Below are positions 19,638-30,500 of a DNA stretch of 64,000 nucleotides, in pieces. The number at the start of each line of letters is the position of its first letter. Position 1 is the first letter of the stretch. This stretch comes from Nematocida ausubeli (taxonomy: Eukaryota), in contig NW_026515640.1 of the NCBI RefSeq assembly GCF_000738915.1, forward strand, positions 1 to 64,000, in the 5' to 3' direction. The translations under genes were made by a program, and so were the position numbers. The notes beneath the pieces are model-generated. The model did not search any database. It was not told the origin of the DNA and saw only the letters and a list, made by a program, of their open reading frames with translations.

Positions 19638-21833
19638 TCAGTGCGGGATGCTCATTGGATCACGCGAAAATTGCCGGAATGTCTCTATTTCCCTTAGGGG
19701 AATTCGGGGTGTTGTGTTTCTGGCAATCTCTTTCAATCGGTCAAGCATGGCCTGCTCTGTCACTTCGCCATCCCCCGAGCCAGTTCCCTGTATCTTGAGC
19801 CGAAGAGCACCCATTGAAATCTCTGTGCAGAGACCAGTCAGCTCCGCACCTGTAAATCCTTCTGTTGTATCTGCAAGGAACTCAGCAAGAAGGCCTGTGT
19901 TCTTTTCCTGCACACCCCAGCGGGTTATTGCAGCCAGCGTCTTCCCAAGCTTATTCTGGATTATTTCCTTTCGTGTGTCTCTACTGGGCAGATCCACTAA
20001 GACATGACAGTCAAATCTGCCAGGCCGCATGAGTGCACTGTCAATGCTCCACGGCTTATTTGTTGCCCCCAGCACAAAGACTCCTGCAGCACCACCTACA
20101 CCATCCATTTCTGTGAGAAGAGTTGACACAACTCTTTTGTCAACCTGCCCACCCTCTGCGCCTCTATGAGGGGCAATTGAGTCAATTTCATCGATAAATA
20201 TAATAGAAGGCACCTGTGCACGCGCACTTGCGAATACCCTGCGCACTCTTTCTTCGCTTTCTCCAACGTACTTTCCCATTATTTCTGGCCCGCGTATTGA
20301 AAGAAATACAGATCCACTCTCATTTGCGAGTGCCTGTGCGATAAGTGTTTTCCCGCATCCTGGGGGCCCGTAAAGAAGAACACCCTTTGGAGGCGACACC
20401 CCCACCTCAGAAAACAGTGACCTGTGTGTTATCGGCCAGATAATTGTCTCCATCAATTTCTCTTTAGCAACCTCCTGTCCAAATATCGATGAAAATCTGA
20501 TATCTGGCACCTCAGCAGGTGCTCCATCTGAAGCACTTGGGATTGTGCGCACTATTTGTGTCATGAGCCTGTGCATGCACTCTCCATCGCACACACCCGT
20601 CCCTTTTGAAATTGCAAGGTTTCTCATAGACTCATCAAGTGGAATGGCTTTCTGCAGAGATTCCGTGCAGATTTCCTTCTCAGAGGGTCCCTTAGAGAAT
20701 AAACTGTCCCGAAGAAGAAGGAAAAGATCCCCCCGTGTGAACCCAGCAGTTCTCTTTGCAGCTGCATCGAGAACATCTTCCTTTACAGCGCACCCCATTT
20801 GTGCAGAGTGCTCTTGTACGCCCATTTCAATCTGCGCTTTTCTTTGGGCTGATGTGGGGGCGTGCAGAATAATCGACTTATCCAGCACATGTGCACTCCT
20901 CAGCTCTCTAGGAACCTGTGACAGACTGTTTACTGTTGCAATAACGGCAATTCTTTTTCTCTCTTTTGTGATTTCCTCAAGCATCCTCTCCACAAGAGAC
21001 ACTGTCTCTATTTGCTTTTCCTCAACGTATCTGTCCAGTCTGTCAATCCACACAGTGCATGGCTCATTTATCTTTGCATACTCAAATGCATCTTCAATTG
21101 CCTTTGGGCTGTGCCCGTGGACACGCACCCATTCCTTCCCAATCTCCTGGAGAACAAAAAGACAGAGGGTTTTCTTTCCCATTCCTGCTTCGCCTGATAT
21201 AACCATTCCCCTGGGGGCCTGCATGTACACGGACACTCTCTTCTCCTGGATGCTTTCTTCCTCTGCACCTCTGCCTTGGGAACAGTGCGCGTTATCAATA
21301 AACTGTTTTAGGCCTTCGATCTCCTTCTCCAGTCCTGTAGCAGGAAGTGCTTTGTCTTCTATTTCTATTTTTATTTTTGTCTCTTCGGATATTCTTGCTC
21401 TTTCCTCTTTTATTTTTATTTGTCCCCCAAGGATGACATCTCCGTTCTGCACAACTTTTTTATCCTCCAGAATTAACCGAAGTGCTTCAAGCCTCTCCAC
21501 AGTCTTTCGCATTTTCTTAAAGAGAACAACCACATGAGTGCACGCAGGATAGTCTAGTGTGCTTTTTTCAACTGTCACAAGGTCTCCTGCCCGCACTCCA
21601 AGGAGCATAATCTCCTCTCGGGGGAGGTACACGGCGTGGTCATCACCGTCAAACTTTGGGATTATTTTCAGCACAGTCTCCCGCGTGCCTGCGGTTATTT
21701 TTACGTGCTGCCCAGGCTTCAAATGAGACTCCCGCAGGCAGTTTGGTGTAACATAAGCCCGAGACCGGTCCTTGTCCATCTCGTACGGAACTACTTCTAC
21801 TGTATAATTTGTTCGCATATTTTTTTTGTTCAT
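19638..21833 (-). CDS. AFG2: CDC48-family double AAA ATPase, AFG2/Drg1 (SPATA5)-like
   Basis: N-domain (SRAYVTPNCLRESHLKPGQHVKI); degenerate D1 (GEAGMGKK, WIDRLD); canonical D2 (GPPGCGKT, FIDEID, ALMRPGRFD). Confidence 0.75.
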   Translation of the reverse strand: MNKKNMRTNYTVEVVPYEMDKDRSRAYVTPNCLRESHLKPGQHVKITAGTRETVLKIIPKFDGDDHAVYLPREEIMLLGVRAGDLVTVEKSTLDYPACTHVVVLFKKMRKTVERLEALRLILEDKKVVQNGDVILGGQIKIKEERARISEETKIKIEIEDKALPATGLEKEIEGLKQFIDNAHCSQGRGAEEESIQEKRVSVYMQAPRGMVISGEAGMGKKTLCLFVLQEIGKEWVRVHGHSPKAIEDAFEYAKINEPCTVWIDRLDRYVEEKQIETVSLVERMLEEITKERKRIAVIATVNSLSQVPRELRSAHVLDKSIILHAPTSAQRKAQIEMGVQEHSAQMGCAVKEDVLDAAAKRTAGFTRGDLFLLLRDSLFSKGPSEKEICTESLQKAIPLDESMRNLAISKGTGVCDGECMHRLMTQIVRTIPSASDGAPAEVPDIRFSSIFGQEVAKEKLMETIIWPITHRSLFSEVGVSPPKGVLLYGPPGCGKTLIAQALANESGSVFLSIRGPEIMGKYVGESEERVRRVFASARAQVPSIIFIDEIDSIAPHRGAEGGQVDKRVVSTLLTEMDGVGGAAGVFVLGATNKPWSIDSALMRPGRFDCHVLVDLPSRDTRKEIIQNKLGKTLAAITRWGVQEKNTGLLAEFLADTTEGFTGAELTGLCTEISMGALRLKIQGTGSGDGEVTEQAMLDRLKEIARNTTPRIPLREIETFRQFSRDPMSIPH

Positions 21834-23018
21834 ATGGCAATAGAAAAGATTACTTCTTTAAAGTCTCGAGTGAAAACATTTGAAGGAGATGAATGGGGTA
21901 CCCCGCAGCACAGCGCAGAAATACTTGCATATGCTGGGTTTGCAAGGGATTTATCTGAAAAGTCTGCCGATGCGGTGATCTGTCAGTTCTGCGGGAAGGC
22001 ACTCGATGGCTGGGACAAGGAAGACATTCCCTGGAAGGAGCACAAGATGCACTCGTCTGACTGCATTCTCTTCCATATGCATAAAGCCCAGGCCCGGATG
22101 GAGTCATTCAAGTGGGGAGAGCACAGGATGGTAGGCCCTGCCAGAGTAAGTGCTGCCTCGCACGGTCTGTTTCTGTACAACATAGAGGACAATGTCCCAA
22201 ATATGTTCTGCTTCAACTGCGGGTTTAACTGCAGAATATCTGGGGAGGAGAGGGCCCACACAGGCCCGCGTATAAAAGAGCTGCACGGGTGGCACAACAA
22301 AAAATGCAGCATGGAAATTGCAGAGATAGAGAACCGGATGTTCATTGAAGATGATCTAGACGAGAACTCATACTTTTACATGCAGCTCATTGCAGGAAAG
22401 GTAGACACAGCAAAGATGCCTGTATATACGATTGGTCTCCCAGAGACGGCCATAAATAACATTGAGCTGAAAACTGAAAGTGGCACGGAGTACATGACAA
22501 GCAGAAGACTGCCGTCAAGAAGAAATCTGAGTGAAGAGAAAAAGAAGACAGTGCCAGAGGAGAATTCAAGCACTAAGAAGAAGAGCACCCTAAAAAGAAA
22601 AAAAAGTGAAGATTCACAGACACCAGAAACTGAGGAGAGTGGAAACAATGAAAACAGGTTTACGCCTACTCTGAATCCATCATCAGAGAATATTTCCTTC
22701 ATTCAGCAATCAGCAGAGACAGAAAAGACGCACAGCAGCCATAGAGAGAGCACTGACCTTCTGAGTATGTCTGAGAGTCCAGAGGTTTTAGAAAAGGTAG
22801 AGCCTTCTCTGGACTCCAGTGCATCAGAGACACGCGAAATAATTCCAGATGAACTTGTAATACAGCTAAACTACTTTATCACATCTGAGGAGAAGGCAGC
22901 CCTTCCCATTAAGACTGCTCTGTACCAGGGCCTGTCAAAGATGCTTGAGGAGATCCGGCAAATAACCAACCAGGACATAGAGGATGTCCGCCAGGAAATA
23001 TCACAGCTATTCCAATAA
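21834..23018 (+). CDS. BIR1: BIR-domain protein (Bir1/survivin-like)
   Basis: BIR1 with RVKTF, LAYAGF, CQFC, GW, EH and C; second degenerate BIR (CFNC...H...C); low-complexity linker; C-terminal helix. Likely ATG at 21834. Confidence 0.85.
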   Translation: MAIEKITSLKSRVKTFEGDEWGTPQHSAEILAYAGFARDLSEKSADAVICQFCGKALDGWDKEDIPWKEHKMHSSDCILFHMHKAQARMESFKWGEHRMVGPARVSAASHGLFLYNIEDNVPNMFCFNCGFNCRISGEERAHTGPRIKELHGWHNKKCSMEIAEIENRMFIEDDLDENSYFYMQLIAGKVDTAKMPVYTIGLPETAINNIELKTESGTEYMTSRRLPSRRNLSEEKKKTVPEENSSTKKKSTLKRKKSEDSQTPETEESGNNENRFTPTLNPSSENISFIQQSAETEKTHSSHRESTDLLSMSESPEVLEKVEPSLDSSASETREIIPDELVIQLNYFITSEEKAALPIKTALYQGLSKMLEEIRQITNQDIEDVRQEISQLFQ

Positions 23019-23380
23019 GAGAATAAATATAGTACGCCCTGCCACACATTTTTACTTGGTCTGCAGTGTAGCAGGATAGCTCAGTCTCCCATGCACCAGC
23101 GAAATATTTATTGAATTTTCAGTGAAGGCTTCCATTTCACTCTGTCTCTGGGCTGAATCTGCGAGTATCACAGCGGTTCACAATTCATCTATAGAGTTAT
23201 CCCTGCATATCTATCATAGTAAGATATGCTCTGGGCCTTAAATAAATAGACTCCTGCAAAGAGGATTTTCGCATGAAATTATTGAAGCTTCAGAGTGAAA
23301 TTTAAATATGCAGAAATCCATCAGAAACATATTTAATAAATCGATGAATAAAACAATAGTAGCTTATAGATAATTTGATA

Positions 23381-23520
23381 TAACCCGATATAACCCGAAT
23401 GAAATAACTGAATAACTGATAAACAAGCAATGATATAAGCAATGATATAACTGAATAACAAGAAATAAAATAACTTAATAACTGAATAACAAGCAATGAT
23501 ATAACCCGAAAAACCCGAAT
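23381..23520 (+). repeat. Degenerate 8-10 bp tandem array bounded by TAACCCGA copies
   Basis: TAACCCGATA TAACCCGAAT, then aataactg and aagcaatgatata units, ending ATAACCCGAA AAACCCGAAT. Confidence 0.75.
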
Positions 23521-23774
23521 TATAATATACCCCCCCCATATCCCAAAGTGTCTGGACTAAAAAGTAAATTTAGAAGTATCTTTATAGTGGAACTGCAGAA
23601 TATACATAATACAGAGTGACTAAGACTATTTAAGCTCCAGTTATTTAGTCATGTGCAATGCGTGCATAGACCAAATACAATGTAATTCTGGCTGAGTATA
23701 GTACAAGTCTATAAGAAGAAAAACAAAGTGCGTGTAGAAAAGGTCTTTCTGTGATTTAGTTAATTATTGGGCTT

Positions 23775-24527
23775 CTATGTATAGTACTTCTTCATTGCCT
23801 CTATGAAAGCAATGAATCTTTCTCTATCTAGAATGTATCCCTTGATTGCGGTGTCATCGTGCACTAAGCAGCTGAAAAGAGGCTTTTCCGCATTAAGAAT
23901 CAAAAAGATTTCCTCTGTGTGAACGGGGAACAGCTTTCCGCTGCCCTGGAACTTAAAGGCAGGGAATACGCGCTTTATCTCAGCCTCCTCTTCCTTCTGC
24001 ACGGGCTTCTCCAGCGACAAAAGAAGCACTTTCTGGTCCTTTTTGTGCATGTGCGCACCAGGGAATGACTCGTACATTTCATACACGATCTCTTCTGGTA
24101 CGTTTGAGAAGCGGAAGGAAATCAGCACATCCAGAGTCTCGTGGTCTGGAAGCTGGCCAATTGCACTTGCCACTTTGCTGGGCAGCATAGAGCGAACAGT
24201 CGGGTACTGAAGCACAGAGAAAAAAGACGTAATCCATGGCTCTGCCTCAATACCCTCTGCCTCAGACCGGACCACCATGTGCGAGAACAGGGCAGCCTTC
24301 TCCTCCTCTGATATGCCCCCAGACTTGAGGACTTTCGAGTGCTTGATAAGAAGCTCAATGCGCTCGTACTCCCCGGGGCACTCACCCGTTCTCACAGTGA
24401 AAAGATCTGGCATATTCCCGCTAGAGGCCATTAGCTCAGACCCATCCCGTGAGTCATAGTTCTCGTCTTCTGTGTAGTACTCAGTGTCAGAGTAATCATC
24501 CATACTTGTAGACTCAGTGCTGGACAT
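23775..24527 (-). CDS. BCP1: BCP1/BCCIP-like protein (60S biogenesis)
   Basis: Acidic N-terminus; LISFRFSNVPEEIVYEMYE resembles BCCIP LISERFINVPxxIxxPMY; FPVHTEEIFL resembles the conserved FxxxEEEFF block. Confidence 0.65.
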   Translation of the reverse strand: MSSTESTSMDDYSDTEYYTEDENYDSRDGSELMASSGNMPDLFTVRTGECPGEYERIELLIKHSKVLKSGGISEEEKAALFSHMVVRSEAEGIEAEPWITSFFSVLQYPTVRSMLPSKVASAIGQLPDHETLDVLISFRFSNVPEEIVYEMYESFPGAHMHKKDQKVLLLSLEKPVQKEEEAEIKRVFPAFKFQGSGKLFPVHTEEIFLILNAEKPLFSCLVHDDTAIKGYILDRERFIAFIEAMKKYYT

Positions 24528-24553
24528 AAATATATTTTTTTACAGAATTTTTC

Positions 24554-27500
24554 ATGAGTTCAATTACAACGGAAGAAACGAAAATAGGAAAAGCAAGCAG
24601 AAATACGTTCCGCTTGGGGTCACCACAGGAAATAGACCAGTTTTCGCAGGAGTACGACATAGTTAGAAAGCTGCACGTGCCAGCAGAGATGCCAAACACG
24701 ATAAAAGCAAAGGAAATACTGTATGCAGCAGCCAAGATGAAAAAGATCCCCGTGATAGAGATAGATGCAGAGGACATACAGGACACAGCCTCTCTCGTTG
24801 AGCAGGTGCACATTGAGGAGAAGAATATAGTAAGAAGAGAAGGTGCGCTCGTTAGGGCAATGCGCAATGGGTACTGGCTGATTGTCAACTCAAAGGAGAA
24901 AGAGAACCCAATTACAAACTACATCATCTCAGAGTATGCAAATATCCCAGGGACAGAAGAGACTCCAAACGAGTCCTTTCAACTGTTTATTTTCTCAAAG
25001 GATTACTCAGCAGACTCAAACAGAGGGCTAGCGTATCTCATGCAGATGAGAAGGGAAGAGAGCGCAGAGAACAAAGAAAAAACAAAAGACCAAAGAAGAG
25101 CATTATTGCAGAAGGAAGACTATAATGCACTACTAGCAAGAAAGATAGCCCAGATACTTACACAGGGCGAGGCCCCAGACGAGGCAGTGATGAGCACTGC
25201 TGCAACAGTCCTTCTGGCAATAAAGAAGTACGCAGATGCATACGAGATTGAGTGCGTGGGTAGAGAGGTGGAAGAGAGAACAAAAATATACTACCACCTG
25301 CAGATGATACTAGACAGAATGTGCGTGTGTAATATTGTAGCACCAGAGAAGGGCGCACTAGAGGCACGTACGCAGCTGTACAGAATACTCAGTGATGTTC
25401 TCCTCTCAGGCCTCTCCCCAAAGGAGAGAGACGAGAAAGAGATTTCTCTGCAGAGCATGATGTGCGTAAGAGGAGAAGACATAGAGGCTCTTTGGAGCAG
25501 TGCAGCGTATGAGGCAACAAAGTGCCTGCAGGAAGAGACGGAGTACGTGCTTACAGTGCCTGCAATCCGCCTTATTCTGTACGTGGTTGAAGGTCTTTCT
25601 GTTGCAAACTCATTTCTGCTAATTGGAGAGACAGGAACAGGAAAGACAACAACTGTCCAGAAGATATTTGAAAAAAGAAAGACCCTTCTGACAGGCAGAT
25701 ACAAAGATGCAAGGAAGATGCTGTGTGTGAACCTGTCAAAGGACACAGATATCACAGACCTACTGGGATCGTACCAGTTTGCTACGTCAGAGCAACTGAT
25801 TCTCCACATCAACGATATCGTACAAGGATACTTCGAAGTATTTTTCAATGAAGAGAAAAATGACGCATTCTTAAGGGAGGTTGACAAGGCAGCAGAAGAC
25901 AGAAGGGTAGATGTGATCATTGACACAGCAGAAGACCTTCTTGCAAAGTTCAGTGAGAAAAGTGCAAAGGAGCCGTCTCAGAAGAAGGAAACAGCAATTG
26001 CAAAGCTGGCACAGGCCCTCAGTCTTCTCAAGAAGATTGAAGATGGCGCACAGAATGTGTGCATATTTGTAGAGGGGCCCTTAGTGCGTGCTGCACTGTA
26101 CGGATACTGGATACTCCTGGATGAGAGTAATCTGGCACCAAATTCCACCCTCCGGTACATTAACACAGCAATCCAGAGGAGACAGCTGTCAATCATAGAG
26201 GAAAGCGGGGCGATCATCCCAATGAGCAGCAGAACCGTCATATTCCAGTGCATCAACCCAGGAGATGACCACGGAAAGAAAAACATTGAGATGGACAGAA
26301 CCCTCTACCACTGGATGGACGAAATTGACAGATACCCAGGGGACGTGCTGGCTGTAGCACAGGGCTACGGAAAGAACCATGACCAGGAAGAGATAAAGAA
26401 TATCGTGCAGTTCTACACGGAGATTAAGCGTATTGCAGAGACACACGGTTTGCGCACTGGAAGCAACAGACCCGCCCTGTTTGGAATCAGAAACCTGATA
26501 CGAACCCTGAAAATGCGGAATATTCCCGTTGTAGAGGCAATTCAGGTGAACTTTTTGACACAGCTCTGCATAAAGCACAAAGTCCTTGGAAGAAAGCTGC
26601 TCCAGACAATATTCAAGGAAGAGAAGAGAGAAGTGCACAGGCTCCCATCAACAGAGAACTACGTTGTCACACCACAGGCCCAGGAGTACATCCGTGAAAT
26701 AGAGTCTGCTATTTCCACAGGCACAGCTGTTCTTCTGGAGGGAACTACCTCTGTAGGAAAAACCTCCCTGATAAAGTACATTGCACAAAGCAGAGGCAAA
26801 CAGATTGTCCGAATAAATAATCACGAGCACACAGATATCACAGAATATCTGGGAACATTCGGCGTCTCACACACTAATCCCACAGAGACAGAGACACAAA
26901 TAGAAGAGGACCCGGCTGTAAAAAGAAGGTGCAAAGGAGCAGAGTGCAAGGAGAGTAGAAATGCCTCGGAATTCGTCTATAAAGAAGGTGCTCTTATAAA
27001 AGCAGTCAGAGAAGGTCACTGGATCCTTTTGGATGAACTTAATCTCGCACCCACTGAAGTGCTTGAGTCCCTTAACAGACTTCTTGACAGCAACAGAGAA
27101 CTTTTCATCCCAGCCACTCAGGAGATTGTCAAGGCGCACCCAGAATTTGCACTTTTTGCAACACAGAACCCATCAGAGTCAACTGACTACAGGAACAGAA
27201 AGCACCTTAGCAAAGCATTCAGAAACAGATTCATTGAGATATATGTTGAAGAAAAGACAAGAGAGGAACTTGAAATTCTTCTGCACGGAATGCGCACAGG
27301 AAAGGTCTTTGCAAAAGTGCTACTTGACATATACGAAGAACTCAGGATTCTCACGTGCAACAGATCACACGAGTACATTACACTCCGTGAGCTCATGAAG
27401 ATTCTCCAAAGATTCACACAGGACGTACAGGCCCCATTCATTGACACGCAGGCGAAGCAGGAAGACAGACTCTTCTACTACACCATGCTGATTCTCACAG

Positions 27501-30500
27501 AGAAAATTCGTAACCCAGAGGAAAAGCAGAAGATAGAAAATATCGTGTGCAAACACTTCACCAAGGTCTTCAAAATACCCTGCACCACAAAGGCATACAT
27601 CGATGCAATCTCATTCCCCTTGGAGGAGGACGAGTACTCGCCCCTTCTTACACCAGGAGTCATTCGCACACTCAGAAAGATCGAGGCAGGATGGGTCGCA
27701 AGTGAAAATATCCTTCTTGTTGGGGCACCAGGCATTGGAAAGACCTACCTCTCTGAATACATCTCTCGAAGAATGCAGACACCCAGCACCGTCCTTGGAA
27801 TGCACGCAGGAATTGAACTGTCCGACTTTATAGGCGGATACAGAGAGACAGCAGCCCGGGACACAGAAGAAGAAAGACCTTTGTCCAGCCAAGCACTAGA
27901 AAGTACGCCCAGATTCATCTGGAAGGACGGCCCTTTGCTTGATGCAATGAAGAGCGGGACTGCACTGATTATTGACGAAATCAACTTGGTGCCAGACTCC
28001 GTGCTTGAGTCGCTTAATGAACTCTTTGATGACAGGACTCTGCGAATACACGAGACCAGCCAGCACATCACAGCACAGCCAGGGTTTAGGATCATCGGAA
28101 CCATGAACCCAGGAGATGACTACGGAAAGAGAGAGGTAGGGAAGAGTATATCCACTAGGTTCACAACCATATACGTGGACAGACTTGAAAACAATGAAGA
28201 AGCCGTTAAATATTTCCTGTTCTACGCTGAAAAGTACGGCCTGTTTGATGCACACGACAGAAGCGAGTTGTACAGGGCAATTCACACGGCCCTGGCAAAG
28301 ACACAAATCCAAGTGGAGAGTGCCCGTGAGGCAGAAGTACTTGCCAGATACGCTGCAAACTACCCATCAGACACAAATATCCCAAAGAACCTGGCTACAA
28401 TATTCATAGAAGGCATAGAACTAGTCAGGCAGATGCCAGTCCAGAATATTGGGACATTGATAGACACAGATGAACTATTCGGCATACACCCATTTGTCCT
28501 GCAGAAGACACACGCTCAAACAAAAGCACAGAACTCTTCTTACACATTCTCGCCACCAACCGTCAGAGAGACCCTGTACCGCATACTGCAGTCACTGTTC
28601 TGCAGATTCAATTTGCTGCTGGAGGGACCACCAGGCACTGGAAAGACAAAAATCATTGAGGAAGTGGGCAGGCGCATGGGGAAGAGAGTGACCCGAGTGA
28701 ATCTGAGTAACGAAACAGAGATGGCTGATTTAACAGGAAGGAATACCCCCACAGATAAAGGGATTGTCTTCATTGAAGGCGAGTTCATTCGGGCTATCAC
28801 CCGGGGAGACTGGATTATTGTCGATGAAATAAACCTGGCCACACAAAGTGTGCTGGAGGGCCTGAATGGCTGTCTGGATTACAGAAGGCGCATATTTGTG
28901 CCTGAGATAGGCTCTGTCTCTTTGCACCCAGAGACAGTCATCTTCGGGACAATGAACCCAAAGACATCCAGGACAGACGGAAGAAAACTCCTTCCAAAGT
29001 CATTCCTCAGTAGATTTGTGCGAATCCACAGGGGCGCATTCTCAGAAGATGATCTTCGGATTATTCTGCTGCAGGCCCCTACGCCGCACTCCAGTGACCC
29101 AGGCGCAGTCCACACTCTTGTCGATCAGATACTCAAAAGCAAAAAGTCATACGATCTTAACCTGCGAGACTGCTTGCGGCACATGGCCATTGGCTCACCG
29201 CATCTCATCCCGTACACGCAAAGAGAAAGTGCAGATGCAAAGAAGAATGAACAGGCTGCATCCCAGGACATTCTCGAATATTCTGGCACACACCTGCCCA
29301 TTCTCAAGGTAGACAAGGAAGAAGAGAAGCACAGTGCATATCCCATACAGAGAGAGTCAGCACCAAAAACCCATCAGATGCAAATTTCACCCGTCCTGTT
29401 CTACAGAGGCACAGAAGAGGGGCTTTTCATTGGAAAGGCATTCCTGCAGTGCGACTTGTCACAAGACCAGGACTACGTCATTGCACATGGGAATGTGCCT
29501 GCCCTGGAAGCACTTGTCCATGGAATAAACCACGCATGGCCGTGTATCATTAGGGGCCCAGCAGGAAAGGGCAGGCTTGCACGCTTTGCAGCTGCAGTCA
29601 CCAGGCGCAGCATATGCACAGTTTCCTGCCACAAGGACATGGAGCCATCTGACTTCCTTGGGAGGTACGTTAAGTCTGATCAGGAGAAGGAGCAGGGCAT
29701 GCCCTTTGCCTGGGAGGACTCTTCCTTCATAAAAGCCGTTGAGGCAGGCGCAGTCATTCTCCTGAAGAATATTAATCTTGTGAAAAATGACGTGGTAGAT
29801 AGGCTGAACAGTCTGTTTGAGATTGGAGGGGGCCTGGAGATCCACGAGAAGGGAGGGAGTGAGACCAGGCGTGTAATCACACACCCAGAGACTCGCTTTA
29901 TTTTCACACTCGCAGAAAGTGCAAAAGATCTTTCTCCTGCACTCATTAACAGATCTATACAAGTGAACCTGTCTGAGTGCTTCTCTTCCATTGACATAGC
30001 AAAGATGCTGTGCATTCCAGCAGCAAAGAATGCAATGCCCTTTACAACGGCAACTCGGCACAGAATTCCTTCAGGCTTACTGCACACGCACATCAGGGCG
30101 CGCAGAATAATTGCGTACAACACAGTCTCTGGCACTGGCCTTAGACCACTCCTCCGGGCACCTGCAGATTTGCAAGATTTAGGGCGAGAGTGCCCTGTGA
30201 GAAATTTCACCCTAGAAGAAGATATTCTTGCGCACTTAAGAACTCTAGCACAGAGTGATCTGGAGAAGGAGGTCCTTGACCTTTTGGCTGCAGGCAGAAT
30301 TGACGAGTCAATTAGTGAGTTAGTCCAAAGACTCTCTGAGCATGCAATTGAGCCAGAGTACAGGGCAGTCTACAGAAACACAGAACTGTACACGGAACTC
30401 AAGAAGAAGTATACAATCTGTGCTGAGTTTGCAGCAAAGAGTGCAGCTGAAGAAGGATCTAGTATTAAGCCAGTCGATAGATCTGCAGGAGAAATGAAAG

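Noticed and set aside
20545..21537. 330-aa plus-strand ORF
   Set aside because: Antisense to the AAA ATPase, with the S/F/L/I-rich composition typical of shadow frames.
21636..21833. 66-codon N-terminal extension of the BIR ORF in the ORF track
   Set aside because: GTG start lying antisense within the ATPase CDS; the BIR domain starts right after ATG 21834.
23070..23186. tRNA-like fragments AGCAGGATAGCTCAGT and GGTTCA
   Set aside because: No D-loop GG, no complementary stems, no TTCRA T-loop; cannot form a cloverleaf.
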